Below are positions 29,136 to 39,271 of a stretch of 64,000 bases of DNA, in pieces. Position 1 is the stretch's first letter. Each line of letters starts with the position of its first letter. The notes under the pieces were generated by a model. It was not told where the DNA came from, did no database searches, and was given only the letters and a program-made list of their open reading frames with translations. Source of the DNA: Bacteriovoracaceae bacterium (GTDB lineage Bacteria > Bdellovibrionota > Bacteriovoracia > Bacteriovoracales > Bacteriovoracaceae); the NCBI GenBank assembly GCA_048270185.1, contig JBLWTJ010000001.1:608001-672000 (forward strand), written 5' to 3'. The translations under genes and the position numbers were made by a program.

Positions 29136-30071
29136 CTATATATGATTTAAATTATTAATAACTTTTTCATCTGCTCGGTTGGCCAATTGTAACATTGTCG
29201 AAGCAAGCAGTAAAAGTCCACCACCAATAAGCTGAACAAGAGTTAGCTTTTGATTAAGAACAACCCAATTTATTATAACGGCAAAAAATGGGAATGACAT
29301 TTCAGCAATTGTACAAACTTTTGCCGAGACAAGTCCAAGGCCTCGGTAATAAAAGTACATCCCAAAGACACCTGAGATAAGGGCGAGAATACTCACCTTC
29401 CCCCATAGCTCTAATGGAAAATTAATGCCCTTACTTGAAGTGGCAACAAATGGAATAATCATCACAAGACCCACAAAGAAGCGCAATGACATGACTTCTT
29501 TTTCTTGCCAATTATTCTTCATGAGATACTTTCCAAAGACTGTTGCACTCCCCCAACTGATTACAGAAACAAGTGCTAAGCAGAGTCCATATAGTGAAGA
29601 GCCATCAAAACTCACCTTGCCAGTTTTAATCAGATTGATAGCACTCGAGATATCTTGGTAGCTTATAAGTAGCGCACCAGAAATGGCCACGGCGGCCCAT
29701 ATCATAAATTTCTTTGTCATTTTCTCATGCAAGATTAGATAAGCTAAGCTTAGTGCAATAAATGGCTGAAGCTTTTGTAATAAGATCACAAGAGAAGGAT
29801 TGATTAAGGCAAAAGACTTTGTGAAAGTTAAGGTTGCCACAGCTGATCCCATGGCCCCAATCATAAAGAAGCACAAGAATTCAAATCCAGTCATTTTCAA
29901 AATTTTCTTGCGAGCAACATAGAGAGTTGGAATGAAGAGAATCGTTAAAAATAAGTGCTCACCAAAGACGATGATTTCACTACTATTGAATTTATAAAGT
30001 AATGGATAGCGTATAAGGGTATCTAGCGCCCAAATAAAGCATGCAATTAATATAAATCCTAAACCTTTCAC
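29136..30071 (-). CDS. DMT/EamA family transporter
   Basis: About 10 TMs with internal repeat; LLQKLQP. Confidence 0.88.
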   Translation of the reverse strand: MKGLGFILIACFIWALDTLIRYPLLYKFNSSEIIVFGEHLFLTILFIPTLYVARKKILKMTGFEFLCFFMIGAMGSAVATLTFTKSFALINPSLVILLQKLQPFIALSLAYLILHEKMTKKFMIWAAVAISGALLISYQDISSAINLIKTGKVSFDGSSLYGLCLALVSVISWGSATVFGKYLMKNNWQEKEVMSLRFFVGLVMIIPFVATSSKGINFPLELWGKVSILALISGVFGMYFYYRGLGLVSAKVCTIAEMSFPFFAVIINWVVLNQKLTLVQLIGGGLLLLASTMLQLANRADEKVINNLNHI

Positions 30072-31456
30072 TAGTTAAAATATCCTTGCATAAATTCATC
30101 AAAAGAAGCACGTGCTCGATCTGAAGCTAATTGTTTCTTAACTTTCTTGCGATTTTTACGATCTCTCCTTTGCTCCTTAGTAAGAGTGACAGGAGGCAGA
30201 AGTCCAAAGTTAATATTTGAAGGAACTGGTTTTGGTACAGTCATGACATAATTGATTAGGGCCCCAAGACCTGTCTCAACTGGAAATGGCTTAACTTCTT
30301 CGCCACGTAACTTCTTTAAGACTTGAAGACCGACATATTGTCCAATTGAAGCTGATTCAGTATAGCCTTCAACACCAGTAATTTGACCGGCGAAGTAAAT
30401 ATTTGGAAACTTCTTAACACTTAAGTCAAAATCTAAAAGCTTTCTTGAATTGATAAATGAGTTGCGGTGGACAGAGCCTAAATGGAGAAAGCTTGCATTT
30501 TCAAAACCTGGAATCTTTCTGAAAACACGATTTTGTTCAGGATACTTTAAACGTGTTTGGAAACCAACCATATTAAAGGCCGATCCAAGAAGGTTCTCAC
30601 GTCTTAATTGAACACATGCATATGGAAGACTCCCATCAGGAAGCTCAAGGCCAATTGGCTTCATACAAGAGAAGCGAGCTGTGTCCACACCTCTTTCGGC
30701 CATGATATCAACGGGAAGACATGACTCAAAGAATTTGTAATCTTCAAAGTTTTGAGCTGGAACTTTTTCAGCAGCAACAAGTTCTGCAATGAATTCCTCA
30801 TATTGTTCTTTATTCATTGGAGCATTGAGATAATCTGCTTGCTCACCTTCTTCTTCACTAACTGGCTTGTGGCGATCTTTGTAGTAAAGTTTTGAGTAAT
30901 CAAGACTATCACCATCAACAACAGGAGCAATGGCATCATAGAAGTAGAAGTCATCATCTGAGATATTCTTCATAATCCAATTCGAAAGTCCTTCAGTCGT
31001 TAGAGGGCCAGAAGCAATAACACATGCATCGGCACAATACTCGGCCATCAGCTCTTGTGGATCTTTTGCATCAGCGGCAACAACAGTAATAAGTGGATTA
31101 TTGTGTAGGCGATCTGTTACTTCTTGAGAGAAGGCATCACGATCAACAGCGAGGGCATCACCAGCTGGAACAGCATGGGTACGAGCACTATCTAGTATGA
31201 TTGAGCCAAGGGCATCCATTTCATATTTTAATAATCCGTGACCAGAAGCTGGATTCATCGACTTTAGTGAATTTGTACAAACGAGTTCCGCAAAGGCATC
31301 AATCTTTTGGGCCGGATTTTTCTTAACTGTTTTTGATTCGATAAGAATAACTTCAACGCCATGTTTTGCGAGAAAATTCGCGGACTCACTTCCGGCCATT
31401 CCTGCACCGATAACGATTACTTTCTTTGGACTTGCATCAAGATTTGCCAATTTCAA
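30071..31456 (-). CDS. trmFO: folate/FAD-dependent tRNA (uracil-5)-methyltransferase
   Basis: GAGMAGSE, AELVCTNS, FYDAIAP, VGFQT, HRNSF, AGQITGVEGYTESA, NINFGL. Confidence 0.96.
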   Translation of the reverse strand: MKLANLDASPKKVIVIGAGMAGSESANFLAKHGVEVILIESKTVKKNPAQKIDAFAELVCTNSLKSMNPASGHGLLKYEMDALGSIILDSARTHAVPAGDALAVDRDAFSQEVTDRLHNNPLITVVAADAKDPQELMAEYCADACVIASGPLTTEGLSNWIMKNISDDDFYFYDAIAPVVDGDSLDYSKLYYKDRHKPVSEEEGEQADYLNAPMNKEQYEEFIAELVAAEKVPAQNFEDYKFFESCLPVDIMAERGVDTARFSCMKPIGLELPDGSLPYACVQLRRENLLGSAFNMVGFQTRLKYPEQNRVFRKIPGFENASFLHLGSVHRNSFINSRKLLDFDLSVKKFPNIYFAGQITGVEGYTESASIGQYVGLQVLKKLRGEEVKPFPVETGLGALINYVMTVPKPVPSNINFGLLPPVTLTKEQRRDRKNRKKVKKQLASDRARASFDEFMQGYFN

Positions 31457-31572
31457 CCTCTTTAATATTCTTTATTTGTCGTATAGACCTTATATATGGA
31501 AACATGCTATAAAGTCCATTAATTACACGTATTTAAACATAAAATATGAAAATCTAGCACAGAGATAACGCA

Positions 31573-33339
31573 ATGCAAATCATCATTCATCAAACAGATC
31601 ACACCATTGGTAACTTTACACAGATTTACAAATACATAGAGGATCTTGTTCACTCAGATGACTTCCGTGGTCACATTCATATTTTCCCAGAAGACTTCCT
31701 TGTCGGTTATCCTCTTCAAGATCTTGTCCTACAAAAATCATTTATCCGTGAGTACCACAAGTTCCTAGATGCTCTTAGAGCATTATTTGAAGAGATCAAA
31801 CTTGATGAAGATACGGCCCTTTTAATGGGTGGTCTTCGCTACGAACTTGATGAGCAAACACAAATTCCATCAAATATTTACAATATTGTTTTCGAAGTAA
31901 AGAAGGGTTCAATCCTAAAAGATATTTATACCAAGTGCCTTCTACCTGATTACGATATTTTTGATGAAACCAAGTACTACACACCTGGAAAGTCTCCAAC
32001 AATTTGGACTTTGGGTGATAAGAGTTTTGGGCTTCTAATCTGTGAAGATATGTGGCACTCAAAACAATATGAAATCAATCCATTACAAATGCTAATGGAT
32101 GAAGCAAGTGGCAAGAAACTTAATGGAATTATTAATTTCTCTGCTTCACCTTGGAATATTGATAAAGAAGAAAAGCGCATTAAAAGGGCCAGTGAAATCT
32201 CGAAAGTTTTTAAAGTGCCATTCTATTACGTTAATAAAGTTGGCGCCGAAGATGAGATCATTTTTGATGGTGCAAGCTTTGTTGTCAATGATAGCACTGT
32301 GGTTGCCAAGGCAAAGTCCTTTGTGGCCGATAAAATGAAAGTCGAGATTATTGATGCAGTCGAAGTCAATGAGCTAGGTATAGCTCCAGAAGGAGCCCAT
32401 TCATGGGAGTCTCTCTTTGGCCCACATATCGAAGAACACACTGGCGTTGCTGGACAGCCTCTAAGACTTAAGCCCTTAACTCAGCACAAGCTTGACTCAA
32501 TTCTTGGGGCCATCAATCTTGGACTCCAAGACTATGCTAAGAAGTGTGGTATGAACAAATTTCTCATCGCACTGTCAGGTGGTATCGACTCAGCACTTGT
32601 ACTGACTTTAGTGAAACTTTTTCTAAAGCCTGGCCAAGAAGTCGAGGCCATTTATATGCCAAGTAAGTTCTCAGCAGGCCTGAGCTGGGAAATCAGTGAA
32701 AAACTCTGTAAGAATCTTGGTGTTAAGCTTCATAGTGTCCCGATAAAATTTCTCCATTCATCAATGCAGAATCTCTTTCAGGATAGTCTAAGTCCACTCG
32801 AAGGATTAGCTGACGAAAATATTCAGTCTCGTTTGCGAGGGGCCATCCTCTATGCTCGCTCAAATCAGACCGGTGCTATGGTTATTAATACATCAAATAA
32901 GTCAGAGATAGCAGTTGGCTACTCAACTCTCTACGGTGATTCTGTCGGCGCCTTAAGCATTCTTGGGGATCTTTATAAGAGTGAAGTATTTGAACTTGCA
33001 AAGCATATTAATAAGAACTTCAATGGTATTATACCTGTTGAAGTTATTGAGCGCCCACCAAGTGCAGAACTAAGAGAAGAGCAAAAAGATGAGGATTCAC
33101 TACCTCCGTATCATATCCTTGATGCCATTCTCGAATCATATCTTTCGTACCGATATGATATTGAAGACCTTCTTAAACTAGGTTTTAACAAAACTGAAGT
33201 TGAAAGGAGCGTGAAATTAATATTAAATAGTGAGTACAAGCGTCAGCAATTTTGTCCTATCCTAAAACTAAAGGATAAAAGCTTTGGTTTTGGACGTCGT
33301 GTACCGATATGTAAAAAGGTAGACTTTGACTTAAAATAA
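31573..33339 (+). CDS. nadE: glutamine-dependent NAD+ synthetase
   Basis: Nitrilase triad FPE / YTK / ICEDMW; LSGGIDS, ENIQSRLR, NKSE..GYSTLYGD, PSAEL, EYKRQQ. Confidence 0.95.
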   Translation: MQIIIHQTDHTIGNFTQIYKYIEDLVHSDDFRGHIHIFPEDFLVGYPLQDLVLQKSFIREYHKFLDALRALFEEIKLDEDTALLMGGLRYELDEQTQIPSNIYNIVFEVKKGSILKDIYTKCLLPDYDIFDETKYYTPGKSPTIWTLGDKSFGLLICEDMWHSKQYEINPLQMLMDEASGKKLNGIINFSASPWNIDKEEKRIKRASEISKVFKVPFYYVNKVGAEDEIIFDGASFVVNDSTVVAKAKSFVADKMKVEIIDAVEVNELGIAPEGAHSWESLFGPHIEEHTGVAGQPLRLKPLTQHKLDSILGAINLGLQDYAKKCGMNKFLIALSGGIDSALVLTLVKLFLKPGQEVEAIYMPSKFSAGLSWEISEKLCKNLGVKLHSVPIKFLHSSMQNLFQDSLSPLEGLADENIQSRLRGAILYARSNQTGAMVINTSNKSEIAVGYSTLYGDSVGALSILGDLYKSEVFELAKHINKNFNGIIPVEVIERPPSAELREEQKDEDSLPPYHILDAILESYLSYRYDIEDLLKLGFNKTEVERSVKLILNSEYKRQQFCPILKLKDKSFGFGRRVPICKKVDFDLK

Positions 33340-33362
33340 AACGGGATAAAAGGGAGTAATTA

Positions 33363-33935
33363 ATGAATAAGACATTTGAAAAAGTTTTAAGCTCTTTTGA
33401 TGATGTAAAAGCAATGGTTGATAATGTTATTGCTAACAAATCAGTAAAAGAAGTTGAAAAGAACGTTAGAGACTTCATTGGCCAAGTTGAGAAAGAGGCC
33501 AAGAATGTTATGGACAAAGATGTACGCAAAGTTGTGACAACATTAAAAAAAGAAAAGAAGAAAGTTGAGAAATTTGTCGATTCAACAATTCAAAAAGAAG
33601 TAAAAGCCGCAAAGAAATATCTTGATGGTCACATTAAAGAAGTTCAAAAGCTTCAAAAGACGCTTGATAAATTTTTAAAAGACGAAATTAAAAAGGCAAA
33701 GAAGCAGGCAACAAATAAAGTTAAGGAAGCCGAAAAGACAATTAAAAAAACGGCAAAAAAAGTTTCCAAGAAAGCAGCAAAGAAGGCCCCTGCTAAAAAT
33801 AAAGTAACAAAGAAAAAAGTAACAAAGAAGAAGGTAATTAAAGCTTCTCCTAAAAAGGCCACTCCAAAGAAGTCGCCTAAATCAATTAAGTCGACAAACA
33901 AAGTCGCAAAGAAAGCCGCCACAAAAAAGAAGTAA
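33363..33935 (+). CDS. helical protein with histone H1-like Lys/Ala-rich tail
   Basis: Amphipathic N-domain; C-terminal KKTAKKVSKKAAKKAPAK... repeats. Confidence 0.7.
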   Translation: MNKTFEKVLSSFDDVKAMVDNVIANKSVKEVEKNVRDFIGQVEKEAKNVMDKDVRKVVTTLKKEKKKVEKFVDSTIQKEVKAAKKYLDGHIKEVQKLQKTLDKFLKDEIKKAKKQATNKVKEAEKTIKKTAKKVSKKAAKKAPAKNKVTKKKVTKKKVIKASPKKATPKKSPKSIKSTNKVAKKAATKKK

Positions 33936-33965
33936 TCACTTAAATTTGATATCAGGGGAACAATC

Positions 33966-34265
33966 ATGTTCCCCTCATTCATAAAGGATGCTGAAATGGA
34001 AAGAGGTTTAAATCAACATATTCAAAAGCTTTTACCAAAGTTTAAGGCATCCAAAAAAGCCGAAATTAATCATTTGCTCATTAATGTTGCGACCATGAAA
34101 GAGAAAGAATTAAGAGAACTTCTCCATAAGATGGCCGGCAGCTTCGCCTGCTATAATTTTATTGAGATTGGAAACACATTAAGAACATTTGAGAATGACC
34201 AAAACCTCGACTCCAAGCGAGCTTTAGTCAAAAAGGCATTAGAAGATATTCTGTTAGAACTCTGA
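33966..34265 (+). CDS. stand-alone Hpt domain protein
   Basis: LHKMAGSF matches the HxLxGS phosphotransfer motif. Confidence 0.6.
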   Translation: MFPSFIKDAEMERGLNQHIQKLLPKFKASKKAEINHLLINVATMKEKELRELLHKMAGSFACYNFIEIGNTLRTFENDQNLDSKRALVKKALEDILLEL

Positions 34266-34368
34266 GAAAATTAACTCTAAGTGCGTCATGCCCAATTTTT
34301 ATTAACATTCCCAATTAATTAAGTAATAATACACCTCACATTTATATTATTGTTTAAGTGAGGATTTA

Positions 34369-36531
34369 TTGAAAAAGCTTGAAAGAAACCTCGGCCTTTC
34401 GTCAGTTATCTCTATTAGTATTGCATCAATGTTGGGATCAGGAATCTTTGTTCTTCCAGGACTTGCCTTTGCCGTTACTGGTGAATTTGTTTGGATTTCA
34501 TATCTGGTAGCAGGACTATGTGTTCTTCCGGCAGCACTGTCAAAATCAGAGCTTGCTACGGCCATGCCTACTTCAGGTGGGACATATATTTATATCGAGA
34601 GAACGTTTGGCCCAATGGCCGGAACAATTTCAGGACTAGGCCTTTGGCTATCGCTACTTCTTAAGGCGGCTTTTGCTCTCGTAGGATTTGGAGCATATCT
34701 TTCAACTCTGACAACTAATTTTGATATAAAGAATATAGCTTTACTGCTTACAGTCATCATTACATTGTTAAATGTCGTGGGTATCGGTAAGGTATCGGGA
34801 CTTTTAATTGTCGTCGTACTCTTATCAACATTTGGATTAACAGTTCTCAATATTGGAACTCTTAGTACAGCAACGGTTATTCCTGGGATACCATTTGATA
34901 TTGGTCACACTGAAACGATTCTAGCAGCTGCTGGTCTTGTCTTTATCTCTTATGCTGGTGTAACAAAAGTTGCTGCCATTGCTGAAGAGATTAAAACTCC
35001 AGAAAAGAATTTACCGCGTGGTATTCTACTCTCACTACTCATTGTAACAATACTTTATTGTGTCACAACTCTTGCACTCGCTAAGTACTTACCACTTGAT
35101 CAATTAAAGAATAACTTAAGGCCAATTTATACATTGGCACTAAGTTTTGGCGGAAAAGGCTTTGCTACGACCATGGCCATTTTAGCAATTCTAACGATGA
35201 CTTCCATGGCAAATGCAGGGCTTCTTGCGGCCTCACGTTTTCCATTTGCCATGAGCCGTGATCACTTAATCCCTGGCCTATTTGGGCACCTTCACCGTCG
35301 ATTTCGCACACCAGTGTGGAGTATTGTGGCCTCAGGGATCATCATAGGCCTTGCCGTCTATTTCTTAAATATTGCAAAAATCGCTAAATTGGCATCGGCC
35401 TTTATTCTAACGATCTATATGATTGAAAATATCGCCGTTATCGCTCTAAGAGAAACACATATCCAGTGGTACAAACCAACTTACAAGTCACCTCTTTATC
35501 CATTCATGCAAATTTTTGGAATTCTCTCAACATTATATTTATTGGTGATGATGAAAAACCTGGCAATTATTGGACTAGTTTCAATTTCTGTTCCAGGGGT
35601 ACTAATTTATCTCTTCTATGCAAAAAGTCGTGTAACCCGTAAGGGAGTTCTAGGGATACGAGGTAAGAGAAAGGACTTAGTTAATGAGTCGCAATTTCCG
35701 GCTCCAGCGATGTCTGAGAGACTTGATCTTAATCAAGATGCAAATGTCGTAGTGGCACTTGTTGGAAATGAGAGATCTCCAGAAATGTTAATTGATATGG
35801 GTGCAACACTTGCCAATGGTGAAAGAATCGAAGTTGCTCACTTAACAGAAGCTCCAGAACAAACAGATCTAAATGACTTTACTGTCGAAGACCCTATTCT
35901 TAGATCATTACGTCGACGTGTCATTGCGATGGCCATAGAGAAAACAACTCCTATTAATTTTGACCCTATCGTTACCCACGATCTTTCTAAGTCTATTTTT
36001 GAGATCGGACAACGCATGCATTCAAATTGGCTTTTCATGGAATGGAAAGGTAGACATAGAGGAACATTTACAACTCAATCTCCAATTGCATGGCTTCGTT
36101 CTCACTTAAATTGTAATCTAGCAATTTTTAGAGACAACGGTGTACGCTACATGAGAAAAATCCTAGTAGTGGTTGATCAAGACTCAAATGATGGAATTCT
36201 CGCAAGGGCCGCGGAACAAATTGCAGAAAATAACAAAGCTGACATTACATTTATCTACCTAACAAATAAAGATCTCGATATTGAGGAAACTTATAAAGTT
36301 GAACAGTACATAAGACTTCTAAGTGATGACTTAAGTGTTCGCACTGCAGGTCATATAGTGAAGTATCAAGACAAAGTTGAAACCCTCGAGATGCTAACTG
36401 TTGAGTATGATTTATTGATCTTTAATTCAAACTCTCAGTATCGTTGGTACCATGTCTTTGGAACGGCCGACGACCAAATTATGGCCAAGGCATCCTGTTC
36501 TGTTCTAGGGATTCACGCAGCAATGAATTAG
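34369..36531 (+). CDS. APC family amino acid permease with C-terminal USP-like domains
   Basis: MLGSGIFVLPG, SELATAMPTSGG, IAEEIKTPEKNLPR; C-terminal KILVVVD...IMAKASCSVL. Confidence 0.9.
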   Translation: MKKLERNLGLSSVISISIASMLGSGIFVLPGLAFAVTGEFVWISYLVAGLCVLPAALSKSELATAMPTSGGTYIYIERTFGPMAGTISGLGLWLSLLLKAAFALVGFGAYLSTLTTNFDIKNIALLLTVIITLLNVVGIGKVSGLLIVVVLLSTFGLTVLNIGTLSTATVIPGIPFDIGHTETILAAAGLVFISYAGVTKVAAIAEEIKTPEKNLPRGILLSLLIVTILYCVTTLALAKYLPLDQLKNNLRPIYTLALSFGGKGFATTMAILAILTMTSMANAGLLAASRFPFAMSRDHLIPGLFGHLHRRFRTPVWSIVASGIIIGLAVYFLNIAKIAKLASAFILTIYMIENIAVIALRETHIQWYKPTYKSPLYPFMQIFGILSTLYLLVMMKNLAIIGLVSISVPGVLIYLFYAKSRVTRKGVLGIRGKRKDLVNESQFPAPAMSERLDLNQDANVVVALVGNERSPEMLIDMGATLANGERIEVAHLTEAPEQTDLNDFTVEDPILRSLRRRVIAMAIEKTTPINFDPIVTHDLSKSIFEIGQRMHSNWLFMEWKGRHRGTFTTQSPIAWLRSHLNCNLAIFRDNGVRYMRKILVVVDQDSNDGILARAAEQIAENNKADITFIYLTNKDLDIEETYKVEQYIRLLSDDLSVRTAGHIVKYQDKVETLEMLTVEYDLLIFNSNSQYRWYHVFGTADDQIMAKASCSVLGIHAAMN

Positions 36532-36538
36532 AGTTTAC

Positions 36539-37993
36539 TTAGCTTAAGCTTAGCTTAGGAAGTGAAATAGTAAAGGTGGTATATTCTGAAGTAAAATCAT
36601 ACTGAAGATTACCACCGTGATCCATGATGATTTCCTGACTTATATTTAGCCCAAGGCCAGTTCCCTTGTCCTTAGACTTAGTCGTATAGAATCGATTAAA
36701 GATATTTTTTGCAACCTCTTTATCAATTCCATGTCCACTATCAAGAACATCGAGAAGAACATAGTCTTCTTCATCATAGAGATTGAGTTCTATCCAACGC
36801 TCAGTTTGCTCACTAATTGCATCGTAAGCATTATTTAGTAAATTGATTAGAACCTGAATAATTTCAGATGAATTTATATTAACGATATCGCTATCGGAAT
36901 CATTTGAGAAAACTATTCTCAATCGCTCATCAACAAAGCGAGTTTTAAATAGAGCAATAGCATCATGGACAACAGAAGATAGAGGTGTAGCCTCTCTTTG
37001 AGATCGATCATCTTGTGAGTAAATATTAAGTGAACTTACAATATTAGCAATACGATTTTTCTGATCAGCAATTGATCGAATCTTATCCATTAGAATCTTA
37101 GATGATATTTGTTCTCCACGTCGCTCAATGGCCTGTACCTGTAGCTCAATAATTGCCAACGGATTATTAACTTCATGAGCAATATTTGCGGCCATTTGTC
37201 CAAGGGCCGTCCACTTAGACATTTTATCAATAGCATCTTTCTGACTTTCAATTTCTTTCTTACGCTGATATTCTTCAGTCTTATCTCTAGAACGATCAAG
37301 ATAGAAGCATCCAATTTGACCAAATTGGTGATACTCCATCGAAGACTCTAAAACAATCTCATTATCTTCGGCCGTTTCAAAATGCATGATATCAGAAGCA
37401 AAAACTCCAGGTTGATCTTTGGCACGCTTAGCACGATCCATAAAGATTTCAAGATCTTTACCTGAAAGTAAATCAGTCACGTTTGAACCAAGGACCTTAA
37501 CTCCCTTCCATTCCGCATGAACTCGCGAGACATAGACGACATTAAAATCTTCGTCAAAAACAGTGAAGATATCAGAACTTTGCTCGACTAACTCTCTGAC
37601 AAAGTGATTTGTCGAATTAGGAGTAATCTGAATTTCTCGAGGAGAGATACGTGATAGGATATAACGTTTCCCATCTTCATCATCAAATGGATTAAACTCG
37701 ACATCCCATTGGATCTCACTACGATTAAGGCCATTGACAAAATTGATGAGAGACTTATTGGACTCTCCAGCAACAGCTTTTGCCATGGCCTTCTTAACCT
37801 TCTCGGCTTCTTCCCCTATTAGATGACCTTTGTAATACTCATAAACAGTCATACCAATATAGTCTTGTGGAAAACCAATTAATGGTGAAGAAATATAGAC
37901 GAACCTCGATTGATCATCAAATATAGCAACTCGGATATTTTGGTCTTCAAAACTCCCAAGTTTCAATAAATCAATGAGTCTATCTACGTTCAT
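36539..37993 (-). CDS. cytoplasmic PAS-PAS sensor histidine kinase
   Basis: IAHEVNNPL, NLLNNAYDA, DSGHG, FYTTK, GTGLGL. Confidence 0.92.
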   Translation of the reverse strand: MNVDRLIDLLKLGSFEDQNIRVAIFDDQSRFVYISSPLIGFPQDYIGMTVYEYYKGHLIGEEAEKVKKAMAKAVAGESNKSLINFVNGLNRSEIQWDVEFNPFDDEDGKRYILSRISPREIQITPNSTNHFVRELVEQSSDIFTVFDEDFNVVYVSRVHAEWKGVKVLGSNVTDLLSGKDLEIFMDRAKRAKDQPGVFASDIMHFETAEDNEIVLESSMEYHQFGQIGCFYLDRSRDKTEEYQRKKEIESQKDAIDKMSKWTALGQMAANIAHEVNNPLAIIELQVQAIERRGEQISSKILMDKIRSIADQKNRIANIVSSLNIYSQDDRSQREATPLSSVVHDAIALFKTRFVDERLRIVFSNDSDSDIVNINSSEIIQVLINLLNNAYDAISEQTERWIELNLYDEEDYVLLDVLDSGHGIDKEVAKNIFNRFYTTKSKDKGTGLGLNISQEIIMDHGGNLQYDFTSEYTTFTISLPKLSLS

Positions 37994-38005
37994 CTAGGTC
38001 CTTAT

Positions 38006-39271
38006 TTATACAAATTTTACTACACAGTAATTCTTCTTACCCTTTTTAAGGATAAGACAAGATTCACTGGCAAGATCGGCCTGACCAATAATATGATCAA
38101 CATCGGCATTCTTTACGTTATTAATGGCAACACCATTTTGTGAAACCATCTTACGTGCTTCACCTTTTGATTTGAAAAGAGGTGTAAGAGCTAACATATC
38201 AAGATAGCTAATTTCACCAAGCTGTGTTTTTTCAACTTCAATTGAAGGGACATCATCAAAAATACTTTCAAGCTCAGCATCTGTTGTATTCTCAATAACC
38301 TTACCAAAGAAGAAATCCGTTGCCCTTTGGGCCGCTTCAATTCCCTCTTGACCGTGGACAAGAGTTACAATTTCTTGAGCTAATTTCTTTTGAGCAGCTC
38401 TTAAGTGTGGTTCTGTTTCAACTAACTTTTCGTACTCAGCAATTTCATCTAGAGTTAAGAAAGTTAAAGCTTTTAAATATTTAATAACTGATGTGTCATC
38501 AGAGTTTAGTAAGAATTGATACATTTTATAAGGAGATGTCATTGTTGGATCAAGGTAGATTGCGCCACCTTCAGACTTTCCAAATTTCTTTCCATTTGAA
38601 TCTGTTAGAAGTGGAATCGTCATACAGAATGCAGGCTTTGAGTGCATCTTACGAGTAAGATCCATTCCTGCCGTCATATTCCCCCATTGATCGGCACCAC
38701 CGATTTGTAAGCTAACATCAAATTCTTTATTAAGGTGAGCAAAGTCATAGCCTTGAATCATTTGATAAGTAAATTCAGTGAAGCTAATTCCTGCATCAGA
38801 GTTTAAGCGAGACTTTACAGAGTCTTTAGCAAGCATTTCACCGATTCTAAATCTCTTCCCTACATCTCTTAAGAATTCAATAAGAGAGAATTTTCCAATC
38901 CAATCGATATTATTAACCATGACCGCACCATTTTCTCCAGTGAAGTCTAATAGCTTTTCTAGTTGAGCTTTTTGACCGGCCAGATTCCTATCAAGATCAT
39001 CTTGAGTTTGAAGATTTCTCTCATCACTCTTTCCCGATGGGTCACCAATCATTCCTGTCGCACCACCTACAAGTACATAAGGCTTATGCCCTTGTCTTTG
39101 AAGACGCATCATTGTGATAACAGCAAATAAATTCCCTAATTGAAGTGATTTTGCTGTCGGATCATAACCACAGTAAAAAGAAAGTTTCTTATCATTTAAG
39201 ATTTCTTTTAATTCCTCGTGCGAGTATTGGTTTACAATTCCTCTTGCTTCTAATTCTTCGAAAAAATTCAT
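38006..39271 (-). CDS. tyrS: tyrosyl-tRNA synthetase
   Basis: GYDPTA, IGDPSGK, QIGGADQWGN, KFGKS, S4 domain KKGKK. Confidence 0.97.
   Translation of the reverse strand: MNFFEELEARGIVNQYSHEELKEILNDKKLSFYCGYDPTAKSLQLGNLFAVITMMRLQRQGHKPYVLVGGATGMIGDPSGKSDERNLQTQDDLDRNLAGQKAQLEKLLDFTGENGAVMVNNIDWIGKFSLIEFLRDVGKRFRIGEMLAKDSVKSRLNSDAGISFTEFTYQMIQGYDFAHLNKEFDVSLQIGGADQWGNMTAGMDLTRKMHSKPAFCMTIPLLTDSNGKKFGKSEGGAIYLDPTMTSPYKMYQFLLNSDDTSVIKYLKALTFLTLDEIAEYEKLVETEPHLRAAQKKLAQEIVTLVHGQEGIEAAQRATDFFFGKVIENTTDAELESIFDDVPSIEVEKTQLGEISYLDMLALTPLFKSKGEARKMVSQNGVAINNVKNADVDHIIGQADLASESCLILKKGKKNYCVVKFV

Noticed and set aside
33653..33982. Hydrophobic Phe/Ala-rich 109-aa minus-strand ORF
   Set aside because: Reverse-complement artefact of the Lys-rich tail codons.
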